The position numbers were made by a program, and so were the translations under genes. The notes under the pieces were generated by a model. The model had not been told where the DNA came from. It did not search any database and was given only the letters and a program-made list of their open reading frames with translations. Of a stretch of 64,000 nt of DNA, positions 1 to 11,437 are shown piece by piece. Positions within the stretch are counted from its first letter, which is position 1; each line of letters opens with the position of its first letter. The stretch is from Eutreptiella sp. 'Long Island Sound 2002'. Taxonomy: Eukaryota > Protista > Euglenida. The DNA is taken from the NCBI GenBank assembly GCA_964036045.1, contig OZ038378.1, forward strand, positions 181,412,001 to 181,476,000, in the 5' to 3' direction.

Positions 1-1040
1 AAAAAGTAGTGAATACAATAACAATGAATTGCCTGTCTTATTTGCTGTCAGAATTATTCCTAACGCATGCCGCAAGTGTGCTGTAGGGCGTGCCGCAGGC
101 GCCGCAGGGGTGTAGCCCTCACTGCCTATTTCTGATCGTATAGGCCAGCCATGCCAATGCCCCGAACAGTGCTTGGCCTGCAATCCAATAGTTCCACATA
201 GAGAACGCCTGCAGAGGCATGCACACCACACCAAACGCAGGCAAAATAGCAGATTGCAAAAATGGTGTAAAACGTGTTGGTGCCATTGAATCGGAGGCTA
301 TCCAGCCTTCGTACCATCACAATGTCGCCAACATGCCCCACTATTCTTCGGCAGAGCAGAAATACAAGGGCAGAGGCGGCACGTGAAACGCCCGGCGGGA
401 CCATCTCGATGCACAAGGGATGCGTCGCAACGCAACACTTCCCTCCCTCTTGGGGAACGCTCACAAGTCCAATGTGTTTGCATCGACGGCCATCGCATCG
501 CCTCTGCTAAGCGGGAGGAACACTGTGCTGTTCGGGGTGGCATCAGCAAACCGACCGGGGCACCAGGCACCAGGAGGGGGGGGGGGGGGGGCGAGGGCAG
601 GCCACGTGCTGCGTGCGGCAAACAGACCACATCCCAAAAGAAGAGGTCGGAGGCAGCAGCAGCTGTCGTGCTGTGGCCGAGGCGGTCTCAAACATCAGAC
701 AAACATGTCCCAGTCAGCTGCTGGTGTCAGACCAGACGTGCCGCTAGTGTCCGCCAGGCCAGACACCATCAAGCGTGGCCGGGGTCCTACTGAGCTATGT
801 ACCGAACGCAGCAGATTCCGACTCAGTTGTGGACGTAAGTGAGGCGAGTATTACTGAGTGATATATGTTGTAGGACTGATTCCTTACAAGACCCGAACTC
901 CCCGCCGGACGGCAGTGGCATGCCTGTGTCCGACACGCCAACAGCAATCCGTTGACGGGTGACGGCCACCCCCACAAGGAAGCAGACACGCCCCCCGAGC
1001 GCAATCCCAACGGCAAAGCCCCAGGAAGCGCCATCGCCAG

Positions 1041-3449
1041 TCACCCTTTGGCCATCCGCAGCGTCCCCTGCGCCGGGACCCCTGAGTCCGAGAGCCCAAG
1101 CGAATCCTGGAGGGCCGCGCCGTTGAATATCAGCTGCACCCGCGGGGCCGGAACGTCGAAGTGCTCTCCGAGCTGCAGCTTGAGCGCCCCGACCGACACG
1201 CTGCGAGCCACCGTGAAAGGCGTCAATTGCCCGGCGAAGATGACGTAGATCTGCATATCAGAGGCAGACAGCTCCGGCTGCTCAACGCGGTGTGGCTGCT
1301 GGTGCAGACGTGCTGGCGGCTGCAGGCTGCTACTTGTGCTGGTCTGTGGCATGCGGCGGGGGCCGGCCGGAAGGGCTGCCGGGATCCAGCTTTGGAGGAG
1401 GGCCAGGGCGCTGGGGACCCCGTGGTCTTCGCCCTCAAACAGCCTCAGCTCTTTGGGCTCCTGCGCCTGCGCAAACAGCCGCTCCGCACAAGACGAGCGG
1501 ATGCACGTGTCCCCCGTCCCGTGCAGAATCAGCAGCGGGATGCCCCGCGCGCCCAGCGCCGCGATGTTGCCGGCCCCTTTGGACTGTCCCGCGATGGTGA
1601 TGACGCCCCGGATGCTCCGACGCAGGGCGCCGCGGCTCAGCCGGTGGGCGGCCTCGATCGCGACCGCGCCGCCCATAGACCAGCCGATGGTGACCATAGG
1701 CCCGAGGCCCTCACTGTGCGCGTACCTGCGAGAGTCGCAAGGAAAATGTGTGGAGCGGAATGACGAGGGAGTGTTGGCACCACGGCGCAGTGACCTACGG
1801 CATTGCACAGCAAACGTATGCCGGCACGACACGATGCAACGGAGCACAGTCTGACAGTACACAACACAATGCAACATAAACAAAACGCACCATGGCACAA
1901 CGCCATGTGTGGCCACAGAAAGGCAGAACGGGCAGGTGCACGGATGGAGGGTGGATACCGCATGCAGGCCATCATGTCCTGCGTGGCCGCCTCCAAATCC
2001 GCAAACTTCCGCCACACGATCTGCAGCACCGCGATGCCCTCCGCTGGCAGCGTCTGCGCGAGGGTATTGTAGTGCTCGTAGGGCCCGAAAGAACCGCCAG
2101 GTCCCGGCCCGCCCCCGGCGCCGGCGCCAGTGACGAGGATCCCCCGGTGTGGGTTGCCGGGATCGCTCGGGGTGAAGAAGCACTTCACGTGCCCGGGTGC
2201 CTCAATGCACGGCACTTCGACGGACTGTGCTGTGCCGGGGCGACAGAGGGCCGGAAGGGCTGCCGGGATCCAGCGTTGGAGGAGGGCCAGGGCGCTGGGG
2301 ACCCCGTGGTCTTCGCCCTCAAACAGCCTCAGCTCTTTGGGCTCCTGCGCCTGCGCAAACAGCCGCTCCGCACAAGACGAGCGGATGCACGTGTCCCCCG
2401 TCCCGTGCAGAATCAGCAGCGGGATGCCCCGCGCGCCCAGCGCCGCGATGTTGCCGGCCCCTTTGGACTGTCCCGCGATGGTGATGACGCCCCGGATGCT
2501 CCGACGCAGGGCGCCGCGGCTCAGCCGGTGGGCGGCCTCGATCGCGACCGCGCCGCCCATAGACCAGCCGATGGTGACCATAGGCCCGAGGCCCTCACTG
2601 TGCGCGTACCTGCGAGACACGCAAATTAGGGCATTGTGCAGGATGAAGGGGGTGCGTTGGTTGGCCTTATGTAGTCACACGATGTTGCAAGGGGACCAAC
2701 AAGGCCCGAGGACAGCCCAGCACCGATGTGACACGACACAGTGGCACGATACCGCAACACAAAACGGCATAAGACAACACAGCGCAACACAATACAACAC
2801 ACCGCACTACTACACCGCACGCCACGCCACGCCACGCCACGCCACGCCACGCCACGCCACACCACGCCACACCACCACCCCGCATCCCGCACCTCACACC
2901 ACACCACACCACGGCGCCACGTAAGGCACCGCACCGCACGCCATACCCCATGCAGGCTACGCCACGACACCACAGCGCAGCACAACACAGCGCCGCACAC
3001 GCCACGCCACGCCAAGTCACAACACAGTACAACGCTGCTACTTTGATGCGATGTGCTGTGCTGTGTGGTGTTGTGTTGTTGTCATTTGTGGTGTTCACTG
3101 CACAGCGCAGCACAACACAACATAATACCACCGGGTGACACAAGTGGGCCTGAGGGTGGATACCGCATGCAGGCCATCATGTCCTGCGTGGCCGCCTCCA
3201 AATCCGCAAACTTCCGCCACACGATCTGCAGCACCGCGATGCCCTCCGCTGGCAGCGTCTGCGCGAGGGTATTGTAGTGCTCGTAGGGCCCGAAAGAACC
3301 GCCAGGTCCCGGCCCGCCCCCGGCGCCGGCGCCAGTGACGAGGATCCCCCGGTGTGGGTTGCCGGGATCGCTCGGGGTGAAGAAGCACTTCACGTGCCCG
3401 GGTGCCTCAATGCACGGCACTTCGATGGAATGCGATGCTCCGGAGGGAC
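1041..3449 (-). CDS. Tandem double alpha/beta-hydrolase with C-terminal ubiquitin-like domain; resolved exons 3164-3449, 1959-2609, 1041-1725; 5' end not resolved
   Basis: GT-AG introns 2610-3163 and 1726-1958 join in frame (ACMR|YAHS). Each hydrolase copy has the nucleophile elbow GWSMG, the acid motif HGTGD and His in EGEDHGV. The C-terminus MQIYVIFAGQLTPFTVARSVSVGALKLQLGEHFDVPAPRVQLIFNGAALQD matches the ubiquitin-fold pattern. A further phase-compatible intron 3450-3569 leads to an upstream exon ending at 3570. Confidence 0.85.
2745..3125. repeat. Degenerate pentamer microsatellite (CACGC/CACAC/CACAA)n within hydrolase intron
   Basis: Near-perfect (cacgc)n core at about 2815-2870, flanked by degenerate pentamers; produces the spurious HAT/CVV ORFs. 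Confidence 0.85.
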
Positions 3450-3573
3450 CTGCGTGGAAACACGGGGTGCATCGGCACAGCAACAGCCATATGCTGAGGT
3501 AGCAATGGCACGAACGAAATATTTGGTCGTGGAAGTGGATGCACGATGCACTGCACACGTACGTAGCACCTTG

Positions 3574-3790
3574 CTCATTCAGCGCCGGGGACAACGTTGA
3601 ATCCATTCTGGTGCGTGCCTCTGTCCCAGACCCCAGCCATACTCCACTCTTCCCCTCACTCAGCGCCAGGGGACACCTGGATCCATTTCCGTGCGTGCCT
3701 CCGTCCCAGAACCCAACCATACCCCCCCTTTATCCTCACTCAGCGCCCTGGGTCTGGGACAGCCCTGGGTCTCTTTCGCTGCCTGCCCAC
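3574..3790. repeat. About 80-bp tandem repeat, roughly 2.5 copies
   Basis: ctca(c/t)tcagcgc recurs at 3574, 3655 and 3735; atccatt recurs at 3601 and 3681. Confidence 0.75.
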
Positions 3791-5150
3791 ATCCCCAACT
3801 CCAGCCATACCCGCGCATGGAGTGCCTTCGTGCACAGAACTGCAGTGCAGACCGTTCCGTACTTCGCCAAGGGGGAGGAGCACGGGGGGGGGGGGACCCC
3901 TCGGTTAGGATGCGAACCCCCCCAATGGACTGTTGGGGGGGGGGGGGGCATCCCATCCCAGGGCTGGTGGAGCTTTTTTTGGAAATTTTTCCAAAAGGTT
4001 TTTTGGAAATTTTTCAAAAAAAATCCTAAAATTTTCAAAAAAAACATTTCAAAAAAAAAACATTTTTTAAAAAAATAAAAACACATGTCAAAAAATAAAA
4101 AAAGTGTCCCAAAAAGCCCAAAGGGAGGAAATGAGACTTTCTCACGTACCCCAAAGGCCCATGGACCAGGTAGACCGCACCATGTGCCACGGACCCTCAA
4201 TGTCCTGTCCGACGCATGACCCCCCCACTGTCCAATGCATAAACCCCACTATTACAGTGCCACCGACGGCCGGTGGACTCCACAAGGACGTGCGTGTTCC
4301 GGCCTGTGAAGGTGCGTGTCTGCATCCGCGGCGACGAGGCAGCAGGTGTGCGGCAGAGGAATCGGCAAGACCTGACTGCTGCACTGCCGCCGCCTTCGGA
4401 GCCCTGTGACGCAGGACGTGATGGGCAGAGAAGAGCGGGGGGGGGGGGGGGGGCAACGACTCGAAATATCATAAAATTTTCACAGAAACTTTTGTGTGGG
4501 GAATTTCTCAGCTGCTTGAACGCATGCTTTGTGCCTCTTGCATCGTTGCGACGCTTGTTATGGAGCAACCCTTGGCCACTGTTGTTGGTGGTTGACATTT
4601 GTTGTTTTACCGGTGTGTCCTTCTCGGATTCCACGGGTGGTACACCTACGTGGACTACATTGAGGCACTTCCAGACATCAAGTACCACCCCTTTACAAGC
4701 AAAACAATCGTGCATGCCCATCTGCTAACACAACACTGTAGAGCGAAGAAACAACGCAAAAAGTGGACAACGTTGATGAGGCGGGGCCATGACTGTTCTA
4801 CGGATGGGGGGCGGGGGGGGGGAGGCAACGACCGGTGGGGGAGGGGGGGATGGTAATCGTGCGCTGGCGTGTCAGTAAGCGGCCCTCAGATCAAGCACTC
4901 ACGCCACAAAAGTCCTTTCGATTGACGGCGGCTGGCTGGTCACCGCCGTCCTCTATCCTCTAGCCGCCCACATTTCGTCTTAACCCCGGCTGCTCTGGTG
5001 GCCTGTACACGGCATTGGAGTCAGAATTAAACCAGGAAGGCCAAACACGTGCACAGCCCAAACTGAGTCAATGGCACAAGCTGAACATTGGCCCAGCGCG
5101 TGGCGCACGACAGGCCTTTGCTTGGGGAACGCCACGGACCGCAGACATAC

Positions 5151-5281
5151 GGTTGTGGCTCCTTCTGACGCGGATCGGTCCAGGTGCTAGTCAAGGTGTT
5201 GTAATCGATGAAGTACACTTGGCCATCCTCTGTGTAAGACATTTTCCAGCCATCCGGAAGTGGAGGAGATATTGAACGTGC
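5151..5281 (-). CDS. WW-domain exon
   Basis: [32 protein letters not shown] fits the WW consensus; bounded by acceptor ctgcag and donor gtatgt (131 bp, phase 0 to 2). Confidence 0.85.
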
Positions 5282-5969
5282 CTGCAGCGAGGACCAAAGT
5301 AATCAAGGGATCCAGGCGTCAGCAGCACCGTACAGTCGGCGTGAGGCAGAGTCTGCACTGCGTGCACACGCGGCAACAGCAAGAGGTAGGGACTGGGGGA
5401 GCGCAACACACGGCGCATGCACAGCGTCAGCAGTCATTGCAGGGACTTTACTGGGATCACTCTCAAAATAATTGAGCACCAAATCCCGCATGCAACAGTC
5501 AAATGTGCAGCTGAGACTCACACAGCGCTCCAGAATGGTGCACAGGGTCTGGGAAAATTTTGGAAATGTTTTCAGCGAAAACTAGGGTTTTGGTGAACAT
5601 GCTTCGGACTACTGCAGCCCAAACATGGTAGAGAACCCCGTCCTTGGGCACATCACCGGCCGTAGCCCCTGCCCCAAGGCATGTCTGCTGCGGAACATGC
5701 GAAAAGCAATGAACAAACATCATTCGCCAAACCGAGCGGGACTACAGCAGGGCATCAGCGTTCTCGAACTGAAGGTGCTCAGTCCCATTCTAGCCTCAGC
5801 TCCCATTCTTTTTTTGACATCAGCGAGACATCTACAGTTGGGTCCCGATCGACACGATCGTGGTCGGTCTCAGATACTGCACGCCCCTGCCCAGGCCCTT
5901 CCGGCCAATGTCCACTCTGTTCACGGATCTGGGAGCGGGTATTCGCCATTCACGCCATGTCTACACACC

Positions 5970-6140
5970 TCATCAACTGCCCCAGCTGCTACGCCTGAGC
6001 TGTGGCGTACCGCTGAAGACGCAGAACGCCTGGTTTGATGCCTCGCCCCATCATTCTGCGCCCCCTTTGGCCGTGCTGTGTGGCCCCGAAGTGGAGGGGC
6101 AGATTGGCGAGGCGCAGAAGAACTCGGTGTGGAAGCCATG
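5970..6140 (-). CDS. Possible coding exon (low-complexity linker); boundaries approximate
   Basis: Open frame ASTPSSSAPRQ...AGAVDE ends at donor-like GAG|gtgtgt in phase 0, compatible with the WW exon; acceptor not fixed. Confidence 0.3.
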
Positions 6141-6811
6141 ATGTGGGTGCCACAAACTGCGAAGGGGTAAAGGTGGTGGGCTCAATACATTCGAAATCCT
6201 GCTTAAACTACGATGGTCTGTTGCAAGGCGTCGTGAGTCTGATGCATCAGGGGGACAGTTTCATTTCTTTGACGTCAGATCAGGGTCAGGTGTTGTGGAT
6301 ACCTCTTGGGGCCCATTGGGTTTACCGGTCACATGTAAAAGAGGCGATGCCACAAAGCTTTATCTCATTTCGACTTGGCACAGAGATAAAGGCTAGAAAT
6401 TGTCCAATCAATACCCGTGTCGACGAAGATTTTGCAACGTCTTGGTGGACGTATCGGAGAAAACTGTTTTTTACCAGGAACCCTGACCTTTGTGCACATT
6501 TTGGCCCATGGGGTGGTTTCTGGGCCACAAAAACACATTTTTCTCAATTCATATGCATTTCGGGATGTTATCAAACCAATTGTATGTGGAAAATATTTGA
6601 AAAAAAATCGGACGCAGGGCTGTAAATGGTAGTTCGTGCATAATACATGGAGATGGATCATGCATCAGTGGTCAATGTGTATGCCCTGCTGTCAAATTTG
6701 ATTGAAGCAGGTTCCAATCCTATTGTGCACAAATTTTGCAGCACAACACTCCACAGGGCGTACCTTTGGCGTACCCTTGGCGTGCCTGTGGGGCAACCTT
6801 GGCGTAGCCTA

Positions 6812-7043
6812 CCCCCAGCCCAAACTTACGAGAATAAAATTGATCTTCATTTACTGTCAGTGAAACCGCCAACTTCGATGGTTCCAAAAGTTGCGGAAAC
6901 ACCACCTCATGGTGTTCAGACAGGGGCGCCGTTCTGGCAAGGAGGAGGGGGGGGGGGGGGACTCAAGTCACCGTCATGCTCGAGATCAACCTCTGAGATG
7001 TACCCTAGGTATCCCACCCGACACATTCAGCAATCGGCGATGG
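6812..7043 (+). repeat. Dispersed repeat, copy 1 of a ~230-bp direct repeat pair
   Basis: Shares long identical blocks with 7980-8210 (ggttccaaaagttgcggaaacaccacctcat; actcaagtcac.gtcatgctcgagatcaacctctga). Confidence 0.85.
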
Positions 7044-7979
7044 TCACGGAAGGAAGAATGATGGCCCGACCCCAGCGTTTTACTTGAAGGTGGCATGTTG
7101 TTTGACTATCGTTTTGCCATGTTTATTGATCCCTTGTCAACAGATGTTGCATTTCATGTTGTTGCGCTGTTCTCCCCTCCCCCCCCCCCAACCTGTGCCT
7201 CCAGCTGTAATGCAGCCTACCCCTGCTCTGTGTGTTGCCAGGTTGAGTCCCTGCCTTTCGGTTGCTTTGCTGGTGTCAATGCCATGGGTCTATGCATTGA
7301 TCTTTTGCCATTTGGCATGGATATCACCAGGTTTGAAGGGTGGCAATTAATTCCGCACCGCTTGATTCGGAGGATGTACTTGAGCACCTTCAGCAAGCTT
7401 GCCAGCTAACACAGTGTTTGTGAGGTGCAGGCGTCTGGCGGAGAGCAAACTACCGGCGATTCAGGGCACTGGGCATCGATTGGACACTCAGAGGGCGTTG
7501 ATGCTTGAGACGGGCTAGTCTAGTATGCTGTATCCTCCATGCTAAGTCACTGGAGCCCACTCGCAGTGGCGACTGTGCACACAAAACTGTTGCAGGGATT
7601 CTCCTCGGGTGCCCTTCGCAGAACCCTGTCTGCTCAAGACAAAAGACAAAGCACTGGTCCACAATTGTGCTCTCCACAGCAACTCAATGTCACTCATGAC
7701 CAGTTGCTTGGCGAACCAGCTCTGGATCCGCGCTCTGTTCTATCCGCACGGCAGCCCAGATTTCGAGATACCCCCGCCCCGCCTTGCGAGAACAATGGTA
7801 AAAGCATTGAGAATAAACGCCTCTTGCTCTGACATGGGACCCGCACCATGAGAAGACATAGGCAGTGACAGTACCAGTGATGAACATGCTCCAACAGTGA
7901 GGCAACGAGCAGAATGGGGATAAATACAGGGGAGGGGCAAAAAGTGGCAGGACCGTAATCAGCATCCCCCAAATGCTAT

Positions 7980-8210
7980 CCCCAGCCCAAACTTATGGGA
8001 AAAAAGTGATCTTCATGGACTATTAGAAAAAGAAACAACTTTGGTTCCAAAAGTTGCGGAAACACCACCTCATGTTGTTCTGACATGGGCGCCGCTCTCG
8101 CAAGGAGGGGAAGGGAGGGGGGGAGGGAGACTCAAGTCACGGTCATGCTCGAGATCAACCTCTGATCTGTACCCTAGGCATCCCACCCGACACATTCAGC
8201 ACTCGGCGTT
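7980..8210 (+). repeat. Dispersed repeat, copy 2 of the ~230-bp direct repeat pair
   Basis: Aligns with 6812-7043 in the same orientation, about 1.17 kb downstream. Confidence 0.85.
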
Positions 8211-8247
8211 GCTTGGGCATTGGAATGGAGGGGAAGGGGGTGGGGGG

Positions 8248-8571
8248 TTAAACCTGCCGTGCGCCCCCAGTTGCCGTCATAGTTGCCCCGCAAGCGTCAA
8301 ACGCGGCCCCTTCGGCTGATGACCCCTCGTGCCTGACTATCCCAATCCCGCATGCTGAATCCCCCCCTCCTGGTATCACATCAGTACTGAAGTCCGATTC
8401 TGCTCCGTCGCTTAGCACCAGATATGACTCCCTGACCAAGCCAAGGCTTTGAAGCGGGCCACAATCGGTCAGATTTGCATCGCCGCCATTAGCTCCAACC
8501 GCGCCTGCCACCGCGGTCTTCATTGCTCTCAGTTCAGCGTTCCAGTATGCATTCATTGCTCCACTGTCCAA
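8248..8571 (-). CDS. Possible coding exon, unknown function
   Basis: Stop-free frame with protein-like composition (NAYWNAELRAMK...ESYLVLSDGAESDFSTDVIP); no domain recognised and splice sites not fixed. Confidence 0.3.
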   Translation of the reverse strand: MDSGAMNAYWNAELRAMKTAVAGAVGANGGDANLTDCGPLQSLGLVRESYLVLSDGAESDFSTDVIPGGGDSACGIGIVRHEGSSAEGAAFDACGATMTATGGARQV

Positions 8572-11437
8572 AGTTCAATGGCTGGGGTTAGGGGCCAGGA
8601 CCCTCCCTCCCTGCTCCAGGAGGGAGGGGGCCACCCCATCCGAGTCCGTTACACGGGAGGGGGGAGTCCTTTTACAGAGGGGGGGTTGGGGGCGAGACGG
8701 GACGGGTGTGCGTTGGGTTTTGTTCAGAAGGTTTGTCCAGTTGTATGCACGTGTTCTTTTTGCCTGTTTCACCACCACCACCACCCTGCCTCCCCCCCCC
8801 GTGCCCCCCCCCCCCCCCCCCACGAGGACCATTCCTCATCAAGGCTTTGTGCAGATGGTTGCAGTGGAAGCGTTGGCAGTGGCATCGGGCCTTGCAACCT
8901 GCGGGGGATGAAGTGAAGTGAGATGTGGTGGTGGGAAGGGGCTGACAAAAGACACCTGCAGCACTACCGGCGGGGGGATGGGGGGGCGAGGGTACCCCGG
9001 AGCACTGAAGCCACTGTATCAGTGCGCCGGGCTACGGACCAAGTCCCATCCAAACCAGCCCCAGTCGGCGCAGCCCTTTGAATGAGACGGCTTTGGGCAG
9101 CGTGCACACCTTGCCGCCGATCTTCCACTACGCCATGCGTCAGTACCCAGCCACGACCCCGGGCTCCCGCCCCCCCCCCCCTACAACGCGAAACCCACGT
9201 CAGCATCGTCGGGTATCAAGTTAAAGGCGGCAACGTACAGTGCCAAACGCGAAAGTGCCAAATGCATGGAAACGCATGCGCACCACCGCTGTGTGCGACC
9301 GGGCGACCTGGGGCCTCCCGGCCCCGTAGTCAAATTCCCGCATCATTTGTGGCGCACAGCGCCCTGATCTGGGGATGACTGCTTGTGACGCCTGCCAATG
9401 CCGGCACGGGACTGGACGCTGGGGGCTGGGGGCGGTACACTGCAACCGTTTCCTCATCACCGCCCCCCCCCTTGCCCCGCATCCGCAAATGACCTCCACA
9501 AACCAGCAGGCCAAGCCACAAAAGACATGGCGCTGGACACTGGCGGCACTACACGGTCCCCAACCAGCCCTCATGGAACCCGCCCACCCTCTCACCCGCC
9601 AACCTCCCGCCTGGCACCAGTTCACTGCCAATCCGGCGAATGGTACTCCCATAGCTCAGTGGTCATAGGCCCTGACTCCAAGGCTGAACGCTCCGGTTTG
9701 ACAACGGCCCGCACAGGGGGGATGCGTTCCTACAACGCCGTGCCCCTGGAGACGAGCGGGTGCTGCCCGCTTGCACGCCTTGCCCTGGCGTTTCCGATGC
9801 CGATGGGGACGTCGGACCAGCATCAAGACCGCCCATGGCTACGCTACCCCGCCTGATGAACTCGTCCTGATGGGGGCGATTGCCATGGCCGGGGGGGGCA
9901 GTAGCACGAGGATGTGGTTACAATCCCCGGTCTTGTGGCCTCGGCTGCCGCCTTGACCTCCATCGAATGCCCGACGCCATGCGGTTTTGCACAAACACCA
10001 GCCAATCAAGAAAAGTGGGGGGGGGGGGGGGCATTTGCTTCTTTTTTTCTGCGTGGCGTAACCGTATTTTCAAGCGTGCTGGGCTGCCCCGTAGACCCTT
10101 GCGGCGATGTTTGTCCAATTCTTGGCGGTGCCAGTGCACCAAGGGCCAGAACAGTGACAGTCTTTCCAAAGCGCCCAAGAGGCACAGCCCCACAGAGGTC
10201 CGCAGCATCCCCGAGTGCCTATTGCCAAGAGTCTTCATTGTCATGGGAACATTGGAGAGCAGTGGACGCCCCGGGGGCAGCAGCAGCAGCAGCAGCAGCA
10301 GTTGTGGCGCAGCGGGACCCCCCCCCCCCTCGTCTGCGGAGAAACAACGTTTACAAGTTCCTCCTCAAAACCCGAACACCCCAAAAGTACCAACCAGCAC
10401 ACTTACTTAGACCCCCCCCCCCCAAGGTCACAGTCATACACATACCGATCAAGGTGGGGAGGTTTCCACAGCCCCAGGCTGCGGTTGGAAACAAGCGGCC
10501 AAAGCAAACAAGCGCCCATTGTGAAACGTGAGACAGATTTTCTAGTTCAAAATTGACCAAAACGAGGCTCATCGCATGAACAGTTCTAAGCTCTGAACAT
10601 TTGCTCCCCCAAAAAAGGATGAGTGAAAATCCGCTTAGGGCCCGGAAATTGCGATATCTTGATGTTCCGCCTGAAACGGCCGTAAAGTGCATATGTATAG
10701 GCCCTGTCGGGCCTGTCTCACCGGTGCCCACCGAGTTGGGACCCGAAAATTTTTTTTTGGCCCAAAATCGAAAATTGCTAAAATTTTGTGATTTGTTAAC
10801 AAAAAGAAAGGGGGGTCGAAAAATCCCCCCCCCAACGTAACCAACGTTAAATTCTCGGAAATTGTCAAGTGCCACTAAAAAGCCTACAAGGGCGATCTGA
10901 GGGGCTTGGGGGGGGGGGGGGGGTGGGCATGACCCTGACCACATGGGCCTCAGAGCCACTACATGGGTCCCCATGGGTGCTAGCGTACCCATATTATCAC
11001 CAAATGGTCACCCCCCTCTCTCCCAAAAGGTGGTAGTCGGTTTGGAGGGTTAACGGGGCCAATTTTCAAAATTTGGTAATATTTTTGTCTGATGATGATT
11101 CTATATATAAATTAAGATTTAACCGCTTGGGGTATGCGACGCGGACACCCAAAAAAGTGCCCACATCCACTTCTCGTGCATGCGCTCGATCTAACGACCC
11201 ATCTCAGGACCTCCGCGCGTCACTTAGTGGGGCTGACCGAAGGGGATGTGGGCGGGTTCTGCGCAAAGCTACGCATCGCACTGTGGAATGCCACCGAAAA
11301 ACGCGGCAGGGTCGCATACTCTGTTGGCGTCCTAAACTGTGGTCAACAGGGCAACGGGAGTGGGAAGTTGCTCCGTGGGACCAGGCGCCGCGTCCTGCAT
11401 CCAACCAATGATATCGAAACATTCCTAAACGGAGGAC

